Shown piece by piece: positions 9,538-18,353 of a stretch of 64,000 bases of DNA. This DNA comes from Patescibacteria group bacterium (lineage in GTDB: Bacteria; Patescibacteriota; Minisyncoccia; Phycocordibacterales; Phycocordibacteraceae): positions 4,517 through 68,516 of the forward strand of contig JAGWWI010000002.1 of assembly GCA_018970465.1 (NCBI GenBank), written 5' to 3'. The notes under the pieces are model-generated. The model was not told the origin of the DNA, did no database searches, and saw only the letters and a program-made list of their open reading frames with translations. Both the position numbers and the translations under genes were made by a program. The stretch's first letter is position 1, and every line of letters begins with the position of its first letter.

Positions 9538-10668
9538 TTGGATGATCGGCTCGAGCTTCGCATTTATATACGCTTGCCCGGCATCTCCGTTAACCGTTGC
9601 GTGCGCGAGTATACCGCTATATTGGAACATGAATATATCGAGCTGATAACAAAGGCCGTTCCGTACCGTCGCGTACGTGCTATTACCGACGTCTCCGTAG
9701 GGAATGCTCGTTTGCGTAAAGGCAATATCATTTATGGTAGTTGCTGCGGTGCCAAGGGTTTTGGTACAGCCGTTCTCTCCCTGCAACTTGTCCAATGGAA
9801 CGACCGATGCAAGCAAATATCCCTCGAGATTATCGGCGCCATCCACGACGTTGAAGTATGCCTCCGGAGGATTCTCGATGGTGGGCACCGAACCATACCC
9901 GGTAGTCTGCGCCGGCACGTCAGACGGATACTGGAGGCTGAACCCGTACTGCGCGTTAGCGTAGGTCTCGAGGCCGCTCACTACTGGACCCGTTCCGGCT
10001 GCCTTGCATGTAGAATCATACGTGCGAGTCGAGCCGTCGACCGAGACGGACAGGTTCGAGGACGACAACTTCGCGGTAGCCGGATCGGCTCCGAGAATGA
10101 CGGAACCGTTGCAATAGACGTTGTGCCTGTCCTTGGCATAAGGCGAGAAGTCGAGGTTCGGATTGAGCTCGACGAAGCTCGCGGCGTCGCCACTGACGAC
10201 AGGCGAAGAATCGACGAACGCGGAGTTTTCGTCCGCACTGAAGGAAAACTTCGTGATCCCGGTATCGTTACGGAAGAAAAGGACGGGCCCTGGTTTGGCG
10301 TACCACAGGAGAGAAAAGGTCGCCGGATCGGCACCCGCTATGACTACGCCGCCTCGATATACGTGACTCTTGTCTTTCCCGAAGCACAGGCCATAGATTG
10401 TGAGGTCTTGAAAGGTCGCCGCATCCGCCCCGGCGACCTTCTGGTATGCGCCGGAGCGGGGTTGAGTATCCATATAAATGGCGTCGCCATTTTTGTAGTA
10501 ACAACCGCTATCGGGCCCTACGCGCGCCGGGTCCACCGCAACGAAAGACCCGGCAGGCTCTCCGTTATTTCTGGCCGCCCGCCATGCCCTGCCCCCTGCG
10601 AATGCAACGACGACTAACACGGCCAGGCCGATCAGGACGAGCGAAGCGAACCCGCGAGCAGAGCGCAT
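9517..10668 (-). CDS. Surface protein with pilin-like N-terminus, DKNYY repeats and PsbP-like C-terminal domain
   Basis: KDKSHVY..G.VIAGADPATF repeats; TYANAQYGFSLQYP...IIQSFRFTN. Confidence 0.7.
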   Translation of the reverse strand: MRSARGFASLVLIGLAVLVVVAFAGGRAWRAARNNGEPAGSFVAVDPARVGPDSGCYYKNGDAIYMDTQPRSGAYQKVAGADAATFQDLTIYGLCFGKDKSHVYRGGVVIAGADPATFSLLWYAKPGPVLFFRNDTGITKFSFSADENSAFVDSSPVVSGDAASFVELNPNLDFSPYAKDRHNVYCNGSVILGADPATAKLSSSNLSVSVDGSTRTYDSTCKAAGTGPVVSGLETYANAQYGFSLQYPSDVPAQTTGYGSVPTIENPPEAYFNVVDGADNLEGYLLASVVPLDKLQGENGCTKTLGTAATTINDIAFTQTSIPYGDVGNSTYATVRNGLCYQLDIFMFQYSGILAHATVNGDAGQAYINAKLEPIIQSFRFTN

Positions 10669-10692
10669 GAGTTAGTTGGTGAAGCGGAAGGA
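10652..10692. repeat. 41-bp direct repeat, copy 2 (gene junction)
   Basis: Identical to 9497-9537. Confidence 0.9.
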
Positions 10693-11688
10693 CTGGGCGA
10701 TCTGGTCAAGCTTGCCGAGAAGTACGGCTTCGGTGGCAGCCGACCAGCGTGGGTCAGTGCAACCACTATTTACGCATGCGCTCGGGAAACTGGTCAGGGC
10801 GATATCGTAACAATATCCGTTATGAACGGTTTTATATTCGCGCATGATGCCCTCCGCACTCACGCCTGCCTCATATCTGCTCTCGTCGAACTTGTTGAAG
10901 GTCATGCCGCCGATAGTCACCTGCGGCGTGCCGACGGGCCCTCCCAGACATTCGCCGGGTCCTGATTCGACCGTAACCGTTAAGTACCCCTCGGTTTGCA
11001 CTTGGTCCGTTCGGAGCTGGACAGAGACTACCGGATCGATGGCGAAAGGTTTGGAGGCGAAGGCCGAGGTGGCGAGCAGCGCGTCGGGTGGATACTCGAA
11101 GCTGAATCCGTACTGCGCGTTGGTATAGGTCTGCGTCTTTGTGGCACCTGCGACCGTGAGCGTTGCGCTCGTCTCTGTGTTATTAGGCCCGAACACATTG
11201 AGCGGATATGAGCCAGGCGGAAGCGTCCTGAAGTACGGACCGTCTACGAAAGAGACGGACCATCGCGCACCAGCCTGCACACTCGTGTCCGCGCTACCCG
11301 CGAGCTCGGTGCCACCTACGCTTTTGATCTGCACGTTGATGTCTCCCGACACCAAGGCCGTCCCGCTTATGGTTGGGTTCCCTGATGCTGACGTAAGCGA
11401 ACTCTGGTCGATAGCCACGCTCGGTCCTGCCGCTGATGATGGCGCCGTAGTCGTCTGATTGTTTGGAGCCGTTGTTGCGGTTGCGTTGGAGGTACTGGTC
11501 GCAACAGCGTCGGTATGGGTTGGCAGAGTAGCTTGTCGGGTGCCGTACCACCCCGCCCCAATCGCGGCGAGCGCGAGAACGACGAGGCCGATCACGATAA
11601 GCGAGGCGAAGCCCTGTGCGGGGATGCGGGACAGGCCGCGAGCGAGGGTATGCATATGCATCGATGATAGCACCCGAGCAAGCTTCAT
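10672..11688 (-). CDS. Surface protein with pilin-like N-terminus, Thr-rich linker, Ig-like and PsbP-like domains
   Basis: QG|FASLIVIGL; TYTNAQYGFSFEYP...AQSFRFTN; start uncertain. Confidence 0.65.
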   Translation of the reverse strand: MKLARVLSSMHMHTLARGLSRIPAQGFASLIVIGLVVLALAAIGAGWYGTRQATLPTHTDAVATSTSNATATTAPNNQTTTAPSSAAGPSVAIDQSSLTSASGNPTISGTALVSGDINVQIKSVGGTELAGSADTSVQAGARWSVSFVDGPYFRTLPPGSYPLNVFGPNNTETSATLTVAGATKTQTYTNAQYGFSFEYPPDALLATSAFASKPFAIDPVVSVQLRTDQVQTEGYLTVTVESGPGECLGGPVGTPQVTIGGMTFNKFDESRYEAGVSAEGIMREYKTVHNGYCYDIALTSFPSACVNSGCTDPRWSAATEAVLLGKLDQIAQSFRFTN

Positions 11689-11853
11689 AAGTCCCCTGGT
11701 TTAAGTCCTGTGTGTTTCGCGATCCCCTCCGCTTTCGCGCGAGCTCCCTGCTTCGTCTTGCCGTAAGCAAGTGCTCCGGGCATGCCTGCGACCTCCGCAA
11801 TCCAGAGCCCATCAACCTCGCGGTCGAAAACAACTTCCGCTGCCCGCACAGCC

Positions 11854-12078
11854 TTACGCATTGCTACGCGTGAGAGTGAAGGGGAGGGCTATGGGCTTGC
11901 GCGTATCACGCAGGCGCCGAGAAGCGTTGAGGAGCGTGAAGCCGCGCACGTGCTTAGTTCTTGGCGCGACCCGCAACAGCACGTCATTGCCCGCCTCCAC
12001 GGTTTGATCTGAAGCGCGGGGAGCGCCCTCAGAAAAGTAGAAGACATCTGCTTCTTTATCGTAAAAATAGTTGACCAT
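11854..12078 (-). CDS. DUF2283-type small protein (putative antitoxin)
   Basis: YDKEADVFYF...VRGFTLLNAS pattern. Confidence 0.7.
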   Translation of the reverse strand: MVNYFYDKEADVFYFSEGAPRASDQTVEAGNDVLLRVAPRTKHVRGFTLLNASRRLRDTRKPIALPFTLTRSNA

Positions 12079-12091
12079 GTTTGTATCCAGA

Positions 12092-12370
12092 TTAGAGGCT
12101 TTTAGGCTTCTTCGCAACATAGGCAGTGAGGACGAAGGGATTTCGGCCAGTTTTGAGTACAACCGCAAGGTACTTTCTTGAACGCGGGAGCAATCCGTAA
12201 CAGATGACCACTGTCTGATCGCTGACAGACCGGGTAATCACTTCGGGCTCTGCAAGCACGGATGCGAAATGCTTGAGGTATCGACTAACATCCGGATGGA
12301 AGGCCAGGATGTGGGCCTTCCGCTCCTCCGTGAACATGACGGCCCCGAACGGCGAGCTGAACCGTTGCAT
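12092..12370 (-). CDS. Small RelE/BECR-like protein (putative toxin)
   Basis: ERKAHI..HP...KYLAVV...FVLTAY; lies immediately upstream of the DUF2283-type gene. Confidence 0.55.
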   Translation of the reverse strand: MQRFSSPFGAVMFTEERKAHILAFHPDVSRYLKHFASVLAEPEVITRSVSDQTVVICYGLLPRSRKYLAVVLKTGRNPFVLTAYVAKKPKSL

Positions 12371-12438
12371 AATGGTAGTCTATCAAACCGAAAGGCCGGG
12401 TGAACCCGGCCTTTCGCGCGCGAACCGAAGGAGGCGAG

Positions 12439-13131
12439 CTACTCCCCGATATCGCGCTGGAGATGCTCGAGGTAGCGCGCGGCGGCGCCCTGGCCGCCGA
12501 GGCCGAAGGCGAGGCCGACTGCGAGCGCGACCGCGATCACGATACCCGTGAAGAGGGTCTGGATAAGCCCCGGCGCGACCTGGAGCTGGTCGAGGGCAGC
12601 GAGGATCGCGAAGACCCAGATCGCGTAGCGCGCGACCTTGCCGAGGAAGCCCGCGGCGTGGATGCGCGCGGCCTTCGCCGACCCGGCGACGACGCTCTCG
12701 GCCGCCTGCGCGACAACCGCCGCGACGAGGAGGATCAGGACCGCGACGATTACCTGCGGGAGGTACCCGAGGACGACATCGCTCAAGAAGACGTTCACCG
12801 TCTGGAGGTGGAGGAGGTCCAAGGCCGCGACCAAGAAGACGATGATGAAGAACCACTCGACGAGCCGGCCGAGGAAGCGGCCCGAAGAGAGGTTGAAGCC
12901 CGCCCGCGAGACGACGCGGTCGACGCCCGCCTGGCGCAAGGCCTGGTCGACCCGGAGCGAGTTGATCACCTGCTCGACGATCCGGCCGAGGCCGGCGCCG
13001 ATGATCCACCCGACGATGAAGATGATAATCGCTACGATCAGATTGGGGATGAAGGCGACCAGTCCGTAGAAGAGGCTCTGGAAGGACTGGTTCAACACAT
13101 CGGCCCACGTCGTGAACACCATTGATGGCAT
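12439..13131 (-). CDS. TM-helix repeat protein (CmpX/MscS-related)
   Basis: Repeated PNLIVAIIIF/PQVIVAVLIL helices; GLAFGLGG end. Confidence 0.8.
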   Translation of the reverse strand: MPSMVFTTWADVLNQSFQSLFYGLVAFIPNLIVAIIIFIVGWIIGAGLGRIVEQVINSLRVDQALRQAGVDRVVSRAGFNLSSGRFLGRLVEWFFIIVFLVAALDLLHLQTVNVFLSDVVLGYLPQVIVAVLILLVAAVVAQAAESVVAGSAKAARIHAAGFLGKVARYAIWVFAILAALDQLQVAPGLIQTLFTGIVIAVALAVGLAFGLGGQGAAARYLEHLQRDIGE

Positions 13132-13224
13132 GATCCCGGTAATAATTAGCGGCTAAGACGCTCTAAGAGCGGCTATGCTCCAGTCTAGCAAGCCTCGCCT
13201 CCCCCGCCGGGAGGGCTGTGGATA

Positions 13225-13800
13225 CTAGGGCGTGAGGCCGATCCGGTCTACGAGGAGCCGATGCGGGTAGTCGAACACGTCGCGCAGGAGGCGATCGTAG
13301 ACGCCGAGCCGGTAGCGGAACTCCGGCGTCTCGAATACCGCGTAGCGGATCTCCCGGCCAAGCTCGGCCTCGAGGGTGCGCACCGCCTTCGCGATCGCGC
13401 GCAGGTCGAGGTTGTCGCCCGCGACGAGGAGGTCGACGCGCGTCTCGACCGCGCCCGTGAAGAGCCCCGAGAGCGCGACGACGCGCAAGGTCCCTGCCTT
13501 GCGCAGCGCGGCGAGGATGTACTCGGGCCGGAGGATGGTGGTGTCGCGGATAAACGCCTCGAGCGCGGCGAGGTGCTCGTAGCGCGCGTTCGCCTGGTAC
13601 TTGGCGAGAGCACGGTCACCGCGCTTCGCGACCACGCCCGCCTCGCGCAAGGCGGCGAGCTCGCGCCGGACGACCGTCCCGTCGAGCGAGCTCCGGCGCG
13701 CCGCGTCCGCGAGCGTGAACGAGGTGCCCTGGTTAAAGACGAAGAGCCGCAGGAGCTTCACGCGCGCGAGGGAGCCGAAGAGCCTGCCGAGTCGATCCAT
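13225..13800 (-). CDS. wHTH plus minimal nucleotidyltransferase-like protein
   Basis: LFGS.ARVKLL N-terminal HTH; VDLLVAGD; GREIRY. Confidence 0.65.
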   Translation of the reverse strand: MDRLGRLFGSLARVKLLRLFVFNQGTSFTLADAARRSSLDGTVVRRELAALREAGVVAKRGDRALAKYQANARYEHLAALEAFIRDTTILRPEYILAALRKAGTLRVVALSGLFTGAVETRVDLLVAGDNLDLRAIAKAVRTLEAELGREIRYAVFETPEFRYRLGVYDRLLRDVFDYPHRLLVDRIGLTP

Positions 13801-13835
13801 TGTCCCCCGAGTGTACCGGCTCGCAGGGAGGAACG

Positions 13836-13864
13836 CAAAAACCGCCCCTCGGGGCGGTTTTTGC
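13836..13864 (-). terminator. Intrinsic terminator after rplL
   Basis: AAAAACCGCCCC-TC-GGGGCGGTTTTT hairpin. Confidence 0.75.
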
Positions 13865-13881
13865 CTGAGAATTGGTGCCGG

Positions 13882-14364
13882 TTACTTGAGCGTAACCTTC
13901 GCGCCAGCCTCCTCGAGCTTCTTCTTGAGCTCTTCAGCCTCCTCCTTCTTCAAGCCCTGCTTGACCAAGGACGGCGCGCCGTCGACCAAATCCTTCGCCT
14001 CCTTGAGGCCCAGGGCCAAGGCCTCCTTGACCGCCTTGATGACGGCGATCTTGTTCGCGCCCGCGTCCGTGAGCTCCACGTCCGCAGTCGACTTGCCCTC
14101 CTCGACCGGGGCAGCGCCCGCTGCGGGGCCCGCGACCGCGACCGCTGCCGCAGAGACGCCGAACTTCTTCTCCAAGACCTTCACGAGCTCCGAGAGCTCG
14201 AGGACGGTCATGCCCTCGACCTCCGCGACGAGCTTCTTGAACTTCTCGGGCACCTCGGCCGTCTCTTCGGCCTTCGCCTCCGCGACAGGAGCTGCCGCTT
14301 CCGGAGCGGATTCCTCCGCGGCCGGCGTCTCGACGACCTCCGTCTCCTTTACTGCTTCATCCAT
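13882..14364 (-). CDS. rplL: 50S ribosomal protein bL12 with acidic N-terminal extension
   Basis: [11 protein letters not shown]; KIAVIK; [11 protein letters not shown]; [11 protein letters not shown]. Confidence 0.97.
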   Translation of the reverse strand: MDEAVKETEVVETPAAEESAPEAAAPVAEAKAEETAEVPEKFKKLVAEVEGMTVLELSELVKVLEKKFGVSAAAVAVAGPAAGAAPVEEGKSTADVELTDAGANKIAVIKAVKEALALGLKEAKDLVDGAPSLVKQGLKKEEAEELKKKLEEAGAKVTLK

Positions 14365-14382
14365 AATGAGTCTGTAACGCTA

Positions 14383-14877
14383 CTAAGCTTTCTGCTCCCT
14401 GATCTGATCGAGCGCGATCACGAGGCCCTGGATCGGGCTGTTGATCACGTTCACGAACATGCCGCGCAGGACCGGAACGGGCGGGATGGTCGCGACCGCG
14501 ACCGCGCTCCCCTCGTTCTGGAAGGCCCCGTCGAAGATGCCGCCCAAGAGCTTCACAGCGCCTTTGAGCTTCTTGCCGTACTCGTGGAGGAGGCGCGCCG
14601 GAGCCGTCGTGTCCGCGCCGGCCGTCCAGGCGACCGCGACTTCGCCCGGCAATTCCGGGGCGGCACCGCCGTAGTTCTGGCCGGCAAGCGCGCGGCGGAT
14701 CAGGGTCTTCTTCGCGACGTAATAGCGAATCCCCTCGCTCTTCAACTCGCGGCGCATGCTCGAGGCGTCGGCCACGGTGAGCTTGTCGAAGCCGACAAAG
14801 ACCGCCGCAGTCGCCTCCTTGAGCGCCCCTTCGAGCTTGGCGAGGATCTCGCTTTTCTTCTCTTTGCGTATTGCCAT
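14383..14877 (-). CDS. rplJ: 50S ribosomal protein uL10
   Basis: VAKKTLIRRAL; position upstream of rplL. Confidence 0.95.
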   Translation of the reverse strand: MAIRKEKKSEILAKLEGALKEATAAVFVGFDKLTVADASSMRRELKSEGIRYYVAKKTLIRRALAGQNYGGAAPELPGEVAVAWTAGADTTAPARLLHEYGKKLKGAVKLLGGIFDGAFQNEGSAVAVATIPPVPVLRGMFVNVINSPIQGLVIALDQIREQKA

Positions 14878-14899
14878 GGTGTGTGTGCGTACGAACGAA

Positions 14900-14982
14900 A
14901 CGAGGAGCTGTTCGACCTCCCGCCTGGGGCGGAGTGTCTCCCTGCGTAGGGCTTAGTGTTGCCTACGGTCTTCGGTCCGTAC
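14900..14982 (-). promoter_or_regulatory. L10 leader (autoregulatory RNA)
   Basis: CCGAAGACCGTAGG...CCTACGCAGG motif 5' of rplJ. Confidence 0.7.
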
Positions 14983-15117
14983 GCTCCCCACCCTATCAGG
15001 AGGTGGCGCGGAGCACAAGCAAGGCCGCCGCGACGATCGCGGAGAATCCGGCCGAGAACTTCACGAACTCGACCAAGTACGGCAGAGCCGGTCGCATACC
15101 GCCATCCTAGCATGAAC

Positions 15118-15151
15118 GCGAAAAGCCACTCCTTGCGGAGTGGCTTTTCGC
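15118..15151 (-). terminator. Terminator after the surface-layer-like gene
   Basis: GCGAAAAGCCACTCC-TTGC-GGAGTGGCTTTTCGC. Confidence 0.75.
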
Positions 15152-15210
15152 TTGCTAGGCCGATTCCCTAGCCGGAGCCCTTACTTAGTTTGGGGGCTAG
15201 GTCACTAGGA

Positions 15211-17217
15211 TTAGTGGCCGTGGAGGAAGATGTCGGACGTCTTGAAGGTGTTCAAGTTCGACGTGAAGTACGTCGTGCCCATCGTGTTCGTCGTGCTGTA
15301 GTTGATGCCGACCAACTGGTAGCCGAGCTCAACCGAAGCCGAAGACGACATCTTGTCCGAGGTGCCGACCGAGAGGTTCAGCGTGAAGGTGCGAGACGAG
15401 TTCGCAGCGACGTAGTAGTTCGTACCGTTGTCGTTGCTGTTCGAGCTGCCCGCGGAGACCGACGCCGTAGTGGTCGTCGTCGTCGCCGAGGAAGTCGTCG
15501 TCGTCGCGAACACCACGCCAAGGCTCGTCGCGAAGGCCGTGCCCGAGTTGGTCGTCGTCGTCGCCGTCGCCGTGCCGCCGACCCAGATCGCGGTATCACC
15601 CGCGGTCACGGTGAACGGAAGAGCGAACGTGCCCGTATCCTGGCCGCCCGCGAACGACGCGCTGTTGAGGGTCGCCGTCGGGGTGCCCATCGATACCGAG
15701 AGACCCGAAGCCGTCAGGGTGAGCGTATTGCCCGTCACCGCAGCCGAAGGCGTAACGCTGTTGCCCTGCGCATCCTGGATATCCCAGCCCGCCGTCGTCG
15801 AGGACGCGATAAGCGTCGTGCCGTCAGCATAGGCCGAATCGCCCTTGATATCAGCCGTGATCGTGTACTCGTTCGTCTGGTCCTGCGGGATCGTCTCGTT
15901 CATGTTGCTGAACGTGACGGTGCCGTACTTGCCAGACCCGAGGGTCGCCGACTTGAGGACGGTCGAGCCCTTCATGAGGTACACGGTGTTGACCACGTCG
16001 GAGAGGTTGGTCGCCGAGGTGTTCAAGCTGATCTGGAGGTTCTTGACGGTGATGTCAGAGTTCTTCGCCTTCAAGTTGATGGCGAGGAGCTTGACGCCGG
16101 TCGTCGTCGAGGACGCGACCGCTACCTGGCTCGCGACCGGGTTGTCAGCAGCCGGGGAGGCCGTGAGGGTGCCGGTGTTCGCCGAGGAGACCGTGAAGTT
16201 CTCCGAGTTCAAGGTGCCGTAGGTATCGGAGATACCGTCAGCGCCGACCGCGCGGATCGCGTCCGCGAGGAGCTGCGCCTTCATCGTACCCTCGAAGTTC
16301 GCGCTTCCATCCTGGTTCGCGCCAACCGAAGTGAGTGGCGTGACCTTGATGTAGAGGTTCGCCGTCTGGCCGTTCTTCACGATATCGTTGATACCCGTGA
16401 AGCGGTAGGTCCAGATGTTCGAAGACTCATCGCCCGCGGAGGCAGACATCGAAGCGAGCTTCGTGTTGCCGTCCCAGAGCTCGACGTCGGAGACGTACTG
16501 GTCAAGGTTCGTGCTGCCCGTCGTGACGCCCGAGAGGTCGAACGTCGCGTCAACGCGCTGGAGCTGGACATCGCCGCCCGTCGCGTCGAAGGACGAACCG
16601 ACAACCGCCGTCGCAGAATCACCCGCGTGGAGGTCGCTCGTGACCGAACCCAGGTGGCTCTCGTTGGTCAGGTAGCCAGCGCCCGTGAGCGTCGTCGAGG
16701 TCGAGGAGCCCGTGCCAGTGCCGGTCCCGGTGCCCGTCGAGGACGAGCCGCCGAGGTTCCACGCTGCGCGGGAGATCGAGCCGAAGTAGCCGGCAGCCGG
16801 CGTAACGCCAGCCTTAGCCTGCCACGCCATCACGGCGGTCTTCGTCTGAGCACCGAAGTACCCAGTCGCGCCGGCCGGGATCGAATAACCCGCCGCGATG
16901 AGGGCGTTCTGGAGGCAGGTGACCTGCGCGCCAGAAGAGCCCGTGTGGAGGTCCATCGTGAACGAGCAGGAGCCCGACATCGAGCCGGTGGTGCCGGTCG
17001 AGACCGGCGTGCCGCCCGAGAGCGAGGCCTGGACGTTCGCGATCGTAGTCGCATCAGCGCCGAAGGACTGGAGGAGCGAGACGATCGAGTTGATCTGGCT
17101 CGAGGTCAACGCTGCCGCGTGCGCCATAGGCGCGAGCGAGAGCAAAGACGTCGCCATACCAAGACCCGTCGCCACGGCCGCGACCTTCGCGATCGCTTTC
17201 GTAGTTACATTAGACAT
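15211..17217 (-). CDS. Large secreted Ser/Thr-rich protein with peptidoglycan-binding domain (S-layer-like)
   Basis: Signal peptide; GSSGAQVTCLQNAL...TGYFGAQTKTAVMAWQ PG_binding_1 motif; beta-rich remainder. Confidence 0.8.
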   Translation of the reverse strand: MSNVTTKAIAKVAAVATGLGMATSLLSLAPMAHAAALTSSQINSIVSLLQSFGADATTIANVQASLSGGTPVSTGTTGSMSGSCSFTMDLHTGSSGAQVTCLQNALIAAGYSIPAGATGYFGAQTKTAVMAWQAKAGVTPAAGYFGSISRAAWNLGGSSSTGTGTGTGTGSSTSTTLTGAGYLTNESHLGSVTSDLHAGDSATAVVGSSFDATGGDVQLQRVDATFDLSGVTTGSTNLDQYVSDVELWDGNTKLASMSASAGDESSNIWTYRFTGINDIVKNGQTANLYIKVTPLTSVGANQDGSANFEGTMKAQLLADAIRAVGADGISDTYGTLNSENFTVSSANTGTLTASPAADNPVASQVAVASSTTTGVKLLAINLKAKNSDITVKNLQISLNTSATNLSDVVNTVYLMKGSTVLKSATLGSGKYGTVTFSNMNETIPQDQTNEYTITADIKGDSAYADGTTLIASSTTAGWDIQDAQGNSVTPSAAVTGNTLTLTASGLSVSMGTPTATLNSASFAGGQDTGTFALPFTVTAGDTAIWVGGTATATTTTNSGTAFATSLGVVFATTTTSSATTTTTTASVSAGSSNSNDNGTNYYVAANSSRTFTLNLSVGTSDKMSSSASVELGYQLVGINYSTTNTMGTTYFTSNLNTFKTSDIFLHGH

Positions 17218-17497
17218 AGTCTGTAGTTGGTAAGTGCTTTAAGTGCACGTGATTAATGCAAGTGTTGTGAAGCCCGGTTCAATCACACTATCCGAGCCGC
17301 GCGCGGTATCGACCTGCGCGTAGCCCGGTTAGCTGGCTAATTTGAGGCGGCCATTCTAGGCCGCTATTCAGTTATCAAAGTGCCCGCTCCGAAGAGCGTA
17401 AGGCCCAGTATACCCGGGCCCTCCGCCGAGACGGAGCCGTGCGTGTGGATAACCCACGGGGCGCACATTACCAGAGACGGGCGGGACCGTCAAAAGC

Positions 17498-18268
17498 TTA
17501 CCGAGAGAGTTCGTACGTGCTCCAGCGTCGCTCGCCGCGCTTCAGGACCCTCCCCTCCCCTATTAATGTCTGGAGCTCGCGCTGGATGGTCTTCTCCGAT
17601 ACGCCGCGCACGACGAAGGAGAGGTCCCGGATCGAGACAGTGCCTTTGTCCGTTATATAGGACAGGATCGCCTCCTGCCGGGGCGAAGCGTGTCCTTTAT
17701 CGGCGTGGGGCTGCGCGACCTGCGCGCTCCGCGGCGCGGGGCTGCGGGGCGCCGCAGGGCGCGCTGCGCTCGTCGCGGAGAGCTCGCGGGCAAGCGCAGG
17801 CAGGGTCGCCGCCTCGGGGAGCGCGAGCCGCGGCTCTTCGTAGCCGGCCGCTTCTGCAAGAAGGGCGCGCGCTTCGGCAGCAATGAGCTCGGCATTCATG
17901 GGAGAGAGGAGCCCGCCCGCCCGCGCCATCGAGAGCAGGCTCGAGAGCGCAAGCAGTTCGCGCGAGAGCGCCTCGGCAAGCCGGGGGGCGGGCGCCTGCG
18001 CCGCTTCGGTGAGCGCGAGCGCGACCCCTTCGAGCTTCGCCCTCAAGGACAATGCCCCAGCGAACGCGGGGCCGACGAGGTAGAGCGCGCTTGCGAGCCG
18101 CTCAGCCTTCTTATAGATGTATACGCGGCGTATGTCCTTATAGAAAATGTTTGAAAACACTGATTTATCAAAGACTACATCGACCTCCTGACGCGACGAC
18201 TGTCGGGCAACCTGTCCTTTACTTTCACTAGCGTGTCCTAGAGATGCTTCATCGTGACCGATAGCCAT
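17498..18268 (-). CDS. Helical protein with C-terminal DeoR-like wHTH
   Basis: VSEKTIQRELQTL...GERRWSTY; start uncertain. Confidence 0.65.
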   Translation of the reverse strand: MAIGHDEASLGHASESKGQVARQSSRQEVDVVFDKSVFSNIFYKDIRRVYIYKKAERLASALYLVGPAFAGALSLRAKLEGVALALTEAAQAPAPRLAEALSRELLALSSLLSMARAGGLLSPMNAELIAAEARALLAEAAGYEEPRLALPEAATLPALARELSATSAARPAAPRSPAPRSAQVAQPHADKGHASPRQEAILSYITDKGTVSIRDLSFVVRGVSEKTIQRELQTLIGEGRVLKRGERRWSTYELSR

Positions 18269-18353
18269 AACGGACAGTATACGCGGCCGGGGTGGCCGCG
18301 CAATCGCCCAGTCGAATGCCGCAACACGCGATGCTACAATGCATGCGTTATCT

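Noticed and set aside
9497-10692. 41-bp repeats as a CRISPR array or integron attC sites
   Set aside because: Only two copies, 1.15 kb apart, within coding sequence; no cas or integrase gene and no attC palindrome.
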